From assembly GCA_036782915.1 (NCBI GenBank), contig DAIPYE010000001.1, positions 1 to 53,249 on the forward strand: DNA of 53,249 nt. The letters run 5' to 3'. Positions 46,511 to 53,249 of the stretch are shown piece after piece; position 1 is the stretch's first letter, and the number at the start of each line of letters is the position of its first letter. A model generated the notes under the pieces. The model saw only the letters and a list, made by a program, of their open reading frames with translations, made no database searches and had not been told where the DNA came from. The position numbers and the translations under genes are program-made. The DNA is from Bacteroidota bacterium (lineage in GTDB: Bacteria; Bacteroidota; Ignavibacteria; Tepidaquicellales; Tepidaquicellaceae).

Positions 46511-47047
46511 TTATTTTTCAGTGGGGTAACCTTTATTTTTCCAGTCTTTATATCCGCCAAGATAAATTTTCACATAATCATATCCGGCTTTTGCAATTTC
46601 ATATCCGTTATCAATGCTGATTTCGCAGGAATCACTTCCGCAGTATGAAACAATAAGCTGATCTTTCTTCACGTCCTTCAGTATTTCAATCTTTTCTTCC
46701 TTTGTTTTATCCTTGAAAACTTTATAATCTAAATTTATTGCACCTTTTATGTGCCCTGCGGTAAATTCTTCCGGCAATCTTCCGTCAATAAAAACCGCAC
46801 CATCATCAAATAACTGTTTCGCTGTCTCTGCTGAAATATTCACCGGCTGATAAAACCCGTCCTTGTTTAATTTACCTTTTTGTTTAAGATCAACTGAATT
46901 TATCTTAGCAGTGTCTATGGCTTTTCTGTCTGCATAATCCCCTGAAAGCGGAATTCCTTTAGAACTAAGTGCATTTGCAATTAAACCTGTTACTGTACTT
47001 AAAACCAGGATAATTAATATTTCTTTAATTGTTTTATTCATTTTCAA
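46511..47047 (-). CDS. Membrane-anchored rhodanese-domain protein
   Basis: 178 aa. N-terminal TM helix and a rhodanese fold (FIDGRLPEEFTAGHIKGAINLD). The active-site region reads VSYCGSDSCEIS, with two Cys and no Arg. Confidence 0.75.
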   Translation of the reverse strand: MKMNKTIKEILIILVLSTVTGLIANALSSKGIPLSGDYADRKAIDTAKINSVDLKQKGKLNKDGFYQPVNISAETAKQLFDDGAVFIDGRLPEEFTAGHIKGAINLDYKVFKDKTKEEKIEILKDVKKDQLIVSYCGSDSCEISIDNGYEIAKAGYDYVKIYLGGYKDWKNKGYPTEK

Positions 47048-47058
47048 ATATAAATTTT

Positions 47059-48117
47059 TTATATCTCAAACAAATTTTGTTCAGATTTATTTCTTTTCTT
47101 AGGAATAATTCCAAGGTGCATATAAGCCAGATCAGTAGCTTCACGGCCTTTAGGAGTTCGTTTGATGAAACCTTCGATCATAAGAAAAGGTTCATACACA
47201 TCTTCTATTGTTCCCGGATCTTCTCCGATAGAAGCAGCGATAGTTGACAATCCCACCGGTCCGCCGTTATACTTCACAATAATTGTTTCCAGTATTTTTT
47301 TATCCATTTTATCCAGTCCGTATTCATCTACTTCAAGGGAAGACAATGCATAGTCTGCAATTTCTTTATCAATTGTTCCGTCACTTTTGACAATAGCGAA
47401 ATCACGTGTCCGTCTCTGAAGTCTGTTGGCTATTCTCGGAGTCGCTCTGCTGCGTTTTGCAACTTCTCTTGCTCCGTCCTCTGAAATTTTAATATTCATT
47501 ATTTTCGAAGAACGTTTTACAATTTCAATTAAATTTTCTGTTCCGTAATAATCCAGTCTGCAGTTAATTCCGAATCTGTCAAGCATTGGTGATGAAAGCA
47601 AACCCTGCCTTGTAGTTGCGCCGATCAGTGTGAATTTTTCCAGTTTTATGGGAATGCTTCTTGCCGCCGGTCCCTGATCGATCATAATATCCAGTTTGTA
47701 TTCCTCCATTGCTGAATACAAAAATTCTTCCACTACTTTCGGTATTCTGTGTATCTCATCGATAAAAAGTATTTCATTTGTCTTTAACTTGGTCAGCATC
47801 CCGGCAAGATCACCCGGTTTTTCAATTATAGGACCGGAAGTGGTTATAATATTCGTGTTAAGTTCATTTGCAATAATATTTGCCAGTGTCGTTTTTCCAA
47901 GTCCGGGAGGTCCGGTAAATAATATGTGATCTATAGATTCTTTTAAGATCTTGGCGCTTTCTATGAAAACGGATAAATTTTCTTTTACTTTGTCCTGACC
48001 TATGAATTCACTGAATTTTTTCGGACGGATGAGAGATGTAAAATCATTTTCAAAAACTTCATCATCTTCTGTCATCGCTGACGTATTTACCTTATTAATA
48101 TTAACTGTGCTTTTCAT
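47059..48117 (-). CDS. ruvB: Holliday junction branch migration helicase RuvB
   Basis: 352 aa. Walker A GPPGLGKTT and Walker B LFIDEIHR, with a RuvB C-terminal winged helix. Confidence 0.95.
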   Translation of the reverse strand: MKSTVNINKVNTSAMTEDDEVFENDFTSLIRPKKFSEFIGQDKVKENLSVFIESAKILKESIDHILFTGPPGLGKTTLANIIANELNTNIITTSGPIIEKPGDLAGMLTKLKTNEILFIDEIHRIPKVVEEFLYSAMEEYKLDIMIDQGPAARSIPIKLEKFTLIGATTRQGLLSSPMLDRFGINCRLDYYGTENLIEIVKRSSKIMNIKISEDGAREVAKRSRATPRIANRLQRRTRDFAIVKSDGTIDKEIADYALSSLEVDEYGLDKMDKKILETIIVKYNGGPVGLSTIAASIGEDPGTIEDVYEPFLMIEGFIKRTPKGREATDLAYMHLGIIPKKRNKSEQNLFEI

Positions 48118-48185
48118 TAAACAAAAATAATGTTAATTTTGAATACTTACAATTTTAATTTTATTTAATTTTGTTTAATTAACAT

Positions 48186-48314
48186 AGTTGACCGCTTAAA
48201 GCAATTAAATGAATAATTCACCACAGATTCACTGATTTTTTTTGTTAAAAATAATTGTTTTTAAAATCTGTGAATCTGTGGTAAGAATTACATAAATATT
48301 TAGGACGGTCAACT
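48186..48314. repeat. Nested inverted-repeat element B in the ruvB / membrane-protein divergent region
   Basis: Inner arms ACCACAGATTCACTGATTTT (48220-48239) and AAAATCTGTGAATCTGTGGT (48263-48282), complementary at 19 of 20 positions. Outer arms AGTTGACCG (48186-48194) and CGGTCAACT (48306-48314), 9 of 9. Each inner arm contains two AATCTGTG words. Confidence 0.85.
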
Positions 48315-48352
48315 TGTGTAAATAAATAAAGAATAATTTAATCTGAATACAA

Positions 48353-48808
48353 ATGGCAAAAGAATCTTTAATGGTAAAGCAAATCGAGTTCATTGTTGTT
48401 TCCCGCAGAATTAAACTACTTGGAATTACGATCTCTGTAGGACTTGTTGTAATTTATCTGGCCGGATTATTTGTTGCAAACAGTAATTTTAAGGAAAATT
48501 TCGAAATTGTTAATATTTCCACATTGCTTTTACTTGTGATGATTTTTTTTCTGACTTTTGCAATAAAAAAAATTATGCTGAGAAAAGTTAATCTTTCTAA
48601 TTTCTCTTATACTTATTTTAATGCTCATGTAATTCCCTATGCAGTGCTTGATTTCGGAGCTCTGTTCTGCCTGACTACAAATCTATTTGTTAACGGGAAT
48701 ATTCTTTATGCTTCAATTGCAATCGTAATTTCACTTACAGGAATGTTAATGAATTTTCCTGATGAAGAGTATTTTGAGATTTTAAAAGAAAAATCTGATC
48801 TCAAATAA
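48353..48808 (+). CDS. Hypothetical membrane protein
   Basis: 151 aa with about 4 TM helices. No motif recognised. Confidence 0.5.
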   Translation: MAKESLMVKQIEFIVVSRRIKLLGITISVGLVVIYLAGLFVANSNFKENFEIVNISTLLLLVMIFFLTFAIKKIMLRKVNLSNFSYTYFNAHVIPYAVLDFGALFCLTTNLFVNGNILYASIAIVISLTGMLMNFPDEEYFEILKEKSDLK

Positions 48809-48837
48809 GATTTTATTAGCAAAAAGATCTTCAATTA

Positions 48838-49383
48838 TTATAACATATACAGCCATCTGAAAAGCAGATACAAACTGAATCCGTCCTTGATTACTCCTTT
48901 CTTTATCATGTCTGTAATTTCTTCTCTTGAAAACCATTTAGCCTCAAGTATTTCATTTCCGTCAAGTTCCTTAGTAACCTGTTTTACGTTTTTTGCATAA
49001 TAACAATGGAATATCTGACTGCTCGATCCGATCGACGGAAAATAATTCCCCAGATAGATAAGATCTTCTTTATTTACTTCGCAGCCGGCTTCCTCTTTTA
49101 ATTCTTCCAGTACACAATCTGAATGATGAATTCCAGGCGGGATAGTTCCGGCAGGAGCTTCCCAGCTGTAATAATCATTTATATATCTGTAATTTTTTAC
49201 AAGAATTACTTCTCCTTTATCATTCTCTGCAACGACACCTGTTCCGTTTCTGTGAAAACCGATTGCTTCAAATTCTATTACTGATTTATCAGGTAATTCG
49301 ACTTTGTCGAGATCAATATCAATCCAGTTACCTGCAAAACCTTTCTTCGTGCTTAATACTTTCCAGAATTTTTCTTCAGACAT
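48838..49383 (-). CDS. NUDIX hydrolase
   Basis: 181 aa. Nudix-box-like GTIPPGIHHSDCVLEELKEEAGCEV. Confidence 0.75.
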   Translation of the reverse strand: MSEEKFWKVLSTKKGFAGNWIDIDLDKVELPDKSVIEFEAIGFHRNGTGVVAENDKGEVILVKNYRYINDYYSWEAPAGTIPPGIHHSDCVLEELKEEAGCEVNKEDLIYLGNYFPSIGSSSQIFHCYYAKNVKQVTKELDGNEILEAKWFSREEITDMIKKGVIKDGFSLYLLFRWLYML

Positions 49384-49399
49384 ACAGTTATTTTATTAA

Positions 49400-49434
49400 A
49401 AAGAAAGCCCGCTTTTGAAACGGGCTTTTGTTTT
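49400..49434 (-). terminator. Rho-independent terminator (bidirectional shape) after the DUF4920-like gene
   Basis: AGCCCG (49406-49411) and CGGGCT (49421-49426) form a stem with a 9-nt loop, with T-rich tracts on both strands. Confidence 0.75.
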
Positions 49435-49457
49435 AAATGGTATCTTTTTAAATGCTG

Positions 49458-50066
49458 TTAGTTCTTTCCCGGTGCGGGAGCAGTATCAGATTTAACATCG
49501 GGATTAGAATCAGGTTTAGAATCAGATTTAGCATCAGGGTTTAATATTACTATTCCTGTTGCATCTAATTCATAAACTTTTTGCGGTCCTTTGATGCTTT
49601 CTGTTTTTACACTCGGGTTTGAAGATTCTTCATTATAATGCTTCGCATCATCTTCGGAGATCTCAGTAACTTTAAATTTTCCCACAACATAAGCACTTTG
49701 TCCGGCAATATCTTTTGGGAGGAAAAATTCATGACCTGTTTTGACTCTTGTTCCGGTTGTTCCGTCTGACATTATCATCCAGCATCCCATTGCCTGACAA
49801 ACTTCAAGAACATTTCCCTGAACCATTACCACTTTATCATTATTTGCAGATGGATCCTTAATTAACTCTTCATAAGAAACCAGGGTCATTCCCGGATCAT
49901 AACTTTTTCCGTATAAAACTCCAACGTCAGTTTTTACTCCGACCGGTTCCATTGATTTCTCCCCCTTGCTTTCAGATTTCATATCATCATGCTGAGCAAA
50001 TGAAACTGAAGTAGTTATTGCAACTGCAATTAACAGCAATAAAAAACATTTAACTGATTTATACAT
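49458..50066 (-). CDS. DUF4920-like exported protein
   Basis: 202 aa. Signal peptide, the VCQAMGCWM motif, and a repetitive C-terminal tail PDAKSDSKPDSNPDVKSD. The family name is from memory of the C-x3-GCW motif. Confidence 0.6.
   Translation of the reverse strand: MYKSVKCFLLLLIAVAITTSVSFAQHDDMKSESKGEKSMEPVGVKTDVGVLYGKSYDPGMTLVSYEELIKDPSANNDKVVMVQGNVLEVCQAMGCWMIMSDGTTGTRVKTGHEFFLPKDIAGQSAYVVGKFKVTEISEDDAKHYNEESSNPSVKTESIKGPQKVYELDATGIVILNPDAKSDSKPDSNPDVKSDTAPAPGKN
49485..49544. repeat. Five imperfect 12-bp in-frame tandem repeats (tail of the DUF4920-like gene)
   Basis: ATCAGATTTAAC / ATCGGGATTAGA / ATCAGGTTTAGA / ATCAGATTTAGC / ATCAGGGTTTAA. Confidence 0.8.
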
Positions 50067-50399
50067 TTTAATTTCCTTTCTATATTTTTTGAGTTTAAAT
50101 TTGTTTATGCAATTTAATGAATATTGATGTTAACTGAAATCTAATTTTCTATCAAAGCTGAACTCTTTATCAATTGAGTCCAAAAAAATCTTAGTGTCAC
50201 TTAAAAGTAAGAAAATTAGCAACATTCTAAATAAAAACTAAAAAGTAACATTATCCCCTTTTTAAAGTATTTCAAACATTTTTAAATTCAAATTTTTGTA
50301 TAAATGACGAGTATTGTTGCAATAATGGCTAATTGTGGCAAGTTTCAAATTTGGGGGAATTTTGGAAATTTTATTTAAACAAATTTTTATAAACCTGTT

Positions 50400-50441
50400 T
50401 GTGCCACATCTTAAGGTGTGCCACATTTTAAAATGTGGCAC
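50400..50441. promoter_or_regulatory. Triple GTGCCACAT site: two direct copies plus one inverted copy forming a 24-bp perfect palindrome
   Basis: TGTGCCACAT at 50400-50409 and 50417-50426. GTGCCACATTTTAAAATGTGGCAC at 50418-50441 is a perfect palindrome. A T-run (TTTTTTGTTTTTT) begins 6 nt downstream. Confidence 0.6.
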
Positions 50442-50823
50442 GAGTAGTTTTTTGTTTTTTCATATAACCATTAATTTCCATATTTTTCAATACCCAATCA
50501 AAAATTAAGCTTTTACACAAATTAAATTCCACTGTTTCCATATACATTTTATGTTTTTGAATTTACTGTGTTTTTTAACATTTTCAAAATGTTTTAAAAA
50601 CTTAACTCCTAAAATGCAAATTCCCGTCTAAGATTAAAAATGATTAAAATGATTAAAAATTATTTTGGTGATTTCTTTTTATACAAATTGAAAATGTTTT
50701 GAACTTAGTCATACAAAATTAGCTTATTGAAACAATTCTAAAAAACTCATGTAATACTCATCTAATAAATAATTCAGCTTTTCAAAACATTTTGGTAGTA
50801 AGTGAATCTCCTTTAATGAGTGT

Positions 50824-52149
50824 TTAAAAATTCTCCACGATCTCCTGTCCGAATTCCGAACATTTCACTTCCGTCGCACCAGCCATTTGTCTTGCAAAAT
50901 CAAATGTTACCTTTTTACTTTCAATTGCTTTTCTCACACCTTTTTCTATCAAAGCTCCGGCTTCTTTCCAGCCCATATAATTCAGCATCATCATTCCGGA
51001 TAAAATTATTGACGAAGGATTTACTTTGTCAAGTCCCGCGAATGTCGGTGCAGTTCCGTGAGTCGCTTCAAATATTGCATGACCGGTGATGTAATTTATA
51101 TTCCCGCCCGGCGCAATTCCGATCCCGCCTACTTCCGCAGCGATAGCATCTGACAGATAATCTCCGTTGAGATTAGTTGTTGCGATAACGTCAAACTCTT
51201 CCGGATCGGTCAGAACTTTCTGCAATGCATTATCTGCTATCGCATCTTTAATAATCAACTTTCCGTCTGCAATAGCTTCTTTCAGTTCATTATCCGCAGC
51301 TTCTCTTCCTTTCAGACCAAATGTACTTTCCCATTTCATCATTGAATAAATTTTTTCCGGATATAGTTTTTCGGCAATTTCATAACACCAGTTTCTGAAT
51401 GAACCGGATGTATATTTCATAATATTTCCTTTATGAACAATTGTAATGGATTTTCTGTTGTGCTCAAAAGCATACTTCAATGCCGCGATCATAAGCCGCT
51501 GTGAACCTATTCGCGATATTACTTTCAATCCGATTCCAACCTCTACTTCATTTGCCGGCGGAAGATTCTCTGCTTTCAAAGCTTCATTTGTTTTTTCCAG
51601 AGTTCCGAATCTGATCTTTGCAAATCTGTCCGGGAAATGCTGTTTAATAAATGCCATTAATAATTTATTCTCATCGGTTGTCGCCTGAAATTCAATTCCC
51701 GAATAAATGTCTTCGGTGTTTTCCCGGAAGATCACCATATCAACTTTCTCAGGTCTTCTCACAGGAGTTTCAATTCCTCCGTAATATTTCACAGGACGAA
51801 GGCAAACGTACAGATCCAGTTTTTGTCGCAGCGCAACATTGATCGAAGTGATACCTTTCCCGATTGGAGTTGTCAGCGGTCCTTTTATTCCGACAAGATA
51901 TTTTTCAAAAGCTTTTAATGTTTCATCCGGAAGCCACTCCTCTGTCTTGTTATAAGCTTTTTCACCTGCAAAAACTTCCATCCATTCAATTTTTCTTTTA
52001 CCTCCGTAAGCTTTTTCAACCGCAGAATCAAAAACATGTCTTCCCGCTTTCCATATATCACTGCCAATTCCGTCACCTTCTATATATGGAATCACCGGAT
52101 TGTCCGGAACATTCAATTCTCCGTTATTTACTGTTATAATATTTCCCAT
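50824..52149 (-). CDS. icd: NADP-dependent isocitrate dehydrogenase
   Basis: 441 aa. Motifs [14 protein letters not shown] and [26 protein letters not shown]. Confidence 0.95.
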   Translation of the reverse strand: MGNIITVNNGELNVPDNPVIPYIEGDGIGSDIWKAGRHVFDSAVEKAYGGKRKIEWMEVFAGEKAYNKTEEWLPDETLKAFEKYLVGIKGPLTTPIGKGITSINVALRQKLDLYVCLRPVKYYGGIETPVRRPEKVDMVIFRENTEDIYSGIEFQATTDENKLLMAFIKQHFPDRFAKIRFGTLEKTNEALKAENLPPANEVEVGIGLKVISRIGSQRLMIAALKYAFEHNRKSITIVHKGNIMKYTSGSFRNWCYEIAEKLYPEKIYSMMKWESTFGLKGREAADNELKEAIADGKLIIKDAIADNALQKVLTDPEEFDVIATTNLNGDYLSDAIAAEVGGIGIAPGGNINYITGHAIFEATHGTAPTFAGLDKVNPSSIILSGMMMLNYMGWKEAGALIEKGVRKAIESKKVTFDFARQMAGATEVKCSEFGQEIVENF

Positions 52150-52422
52150 TTCTCTGTTTAAATTTTAAAGGCATAATTTACTCATTCTTAAGTTCGGGTA
52201 AAATGGATTTAGAAGTCTGAACATTTAAAATGTTATCAGATTTTAATGAGAATAATTCAACTAATTCAGTTTAACTTTCAGCAAAACTTTCGAACTCGAC
52301 ATCTTTGATTCTCAGTGTCCGGATTTTGAAATAAATTAATTTAAGTCAGATTTATATAAAAGTTTCTTTAATGAAAAAACTTTCATAATTTATTGAAAAC
52401 AACAACATACAAAATTTTACAG

Positions 52423-53118
52423 ATGAGTGATATAAAAGACGAATCGCTTCTTCCAAAAAACAGAGTAGAATCATTATGTGACGGAATTTTTGCGATTGCT
52501 ATGACGATTATCATACTGGAATTAAAAACTCCCGAAAGTCTTCCGTTTAATACATTAAATGAAGATCTTCCCAATACTCTGATTCAGCTTATTCCTTCAA
52601 TCGAAGCATATATTTTAAGTTTCATTGTTCTCGGGATTTTCTGGCTGCGGCACCAGATCCAGTTCAAATATTTGAAATATGTTAACAGAAATATTCTTAC
52701 AATTAACATATTTTTTTTAATGTTAATTGTCCTGGTTCCGTTTACTTCAGGACTGGTAATGAGATTTCATAATTCACGCATGGCTTTGAATATATACATT
52801 CTTAATCTTCTTCTGATATCATCGATGCTTTCAATTCAGGGATTTTATATGAAGTCTAACAGTAAGATCAGGTACGAGGAAGTTGATGATGAACTGATAA
52901 AGAAATTTTTGTTTTTAACCGGATTGCCTTTGATTATTTTTTCTTTATCTTTTTTAATGACCTTTGTGAATCTTCGAGCTGCATTTTTAATGATTTACCT
53001 ATATCCGATTTTCTATATAATTTTCAGAATGTTTAAGAAAAAATATCTTTCTAATTCAAACTCTCCTGCTATTTCCGGAACCATTGAAATTCAAAAATCC
53101 GAACAGCCGGAGAATTAG
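52423..53118 (+). CDS. TMEM175-family (DUF1211) potassium channel
   Basis: RVESLCDGIFAIAMTIIILE signature at TM1, with 6 TM helices. I start it at the ATG at 52423; the track's TTG at 52393 adds 10 aa. Confidence 0.8.
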   Translation: MSDIKDESLLPKNRVESLCDGIFAIAMTIIILELKTPESLPFNTLNEDLPNTLIQLIPSIEAYILSFIVLGIFWLRHQIQFKYLKYVNRNILTINIFFLMLIVLVPFTSGLVMRFHNSRMALNIYILNLLLISSMLSIQGFYMKSNSKIRYEEVDDELIKKFLFLTGLPLIIFSLSFLMTFVNLRAAFLMIYLYPIFYIIFRMFKKKYLSNSNSPAISGTIEIQKSEQPEN

Positions 53119-53155
53119 CATGAGAACATTTTCGATGAATCTATAAACAATAATA

Positions 53156-53249
53156 TGAAAACATTGATTTTCAAAACCTGCGCAAGGATATATATTTCAA
53201 TATTCCTATTAAATTTCCCCAATCAGCTCCTATGGAAGAAACATCATAC
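53156..53249 (+). CDS. Possible 5' end of a CDS running off the window
   Basis: The ATG at 53156 opens a frame (MKTLIFKTCARIYISIFLLNFPNQLLWKKHH) that stays open to the window edge. There are too few residues to judge. Confidence 0.25.

Noticed and set aside
46495-46560. N-terminal 22-aa extension of the MauE/DoxX-like ORF, as given in the track.
   Set aside because: It would overlap the rhodanese gene by 50 nt. The internal ATG at 46494 begins right before the first TM helix and leaves a 16-nt spacer.
50436-50455. Sigma-54 promoter. TGGCACG at 50436-50442 matches the -24 element.
   Set aside because: The -12 element at the correct spacing reads GTTTT instead of TTGC(A/T), so the essential GC is absent. 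No plus-strand gene follows either.
50067-50823. Replication origin (oriC) in the long AT-rich gaps.
   Set aside because: The intergenic gaps contain no TTATCCACA / TGTGGATAA DnaA boxes. The TGTGG words continue as CA or TA, not ATAA. There is no dnaA, dnaN or gidA context, and I saw no obvious strand-bias switch.
1-53249. Mobile elements, prophage or known defence systems (searched for integrase, transposase, TA, RM and Cas signatures, and for flanking tRNAs).
   Set aside because: I recognised none. Every large ORF is either a housekeeping family or an envelope or hypothetical protein, and I saw no tRNA-like sequence (for example a GGTTCGAATCC-type T-arm) in the intergenic regions.

Overview
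AT-rich (about one-third G+C by eye), densely coding chromosomal segment from a Gram-negative bacterium. I infer the FCB group (Bacteroidota / Ignavibacteriota / Chlorobiota-like) from four things: an LpxC-FabZ fusion, tandem Skp/OmpH genes next to BamA, lipoproteins and exported proteins resembling DUF4270, DUF1573 and DUF4920, and a Bacteroides-type -33/-7 promoter match upstream of gdh. I call about 58 CDSs. I found no rRNA, tRNA, CRISPR array, transposase, integrase or phage genes.

Most of the content is housekeeping:
- Envelope biogenesis block: uppS-bamA-skp-skp-lpxD-lpxC/fabZ, plus trpS, an M42 peptidase, ftsB and ddl.
- purC-psd-pssA, a NifS-type cysteine desulfurase, pgsA, an HU/IHF-like protein and ruvX.
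- ftcD, preA, mtaB, yjbQ, gdh, bamD.
- ccmA-ccmB-(lipoprotein)-ccmC plus a 45-aa ccmD-like ORF that is missing from the ORF track.
- ispB, tatC, glyA, glgA, gmhB, suhB, ruvB, icd and a TMEM175-type channel.

Nothing here looks like a mobile or defence island. The most interesting parts are:
1. An uncharacterised three-gene envelope cluster at 11.2-13.5 kb: a Cys-rich membrane protein, a His-rich two-domain lipoprotein and an outer-membrane barrel carrying a CDLCGC motif after a tandem repeat. It is a candidate metal-handling system.
2. A translationally coupled rhodanese / MauE-DoxX-like / DUF1573-like triad at 45.6-47.0 kb with CGC motifs.
3. A translationally coupled lipoprotein plus beta-barrel pair downstream of glgA-gmhB.
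4. Three unusually long non-coding gaps (10.65-11.2, 28.15-28.74 and 50.07-50.82 kb) and one divergent promoter region (48.12-48.35 kb). Apart from the 28 kb gap, these carry related palindromic elements built from AAT(Y)TGTG(G) / GTGCCACAT words. The 28 kb gap instead holds a purine-rich candidate RNA or regulatory segment upstream of gdh.

All functional calls come from motifs read in the supplied translations plus gene context. No database search was run.
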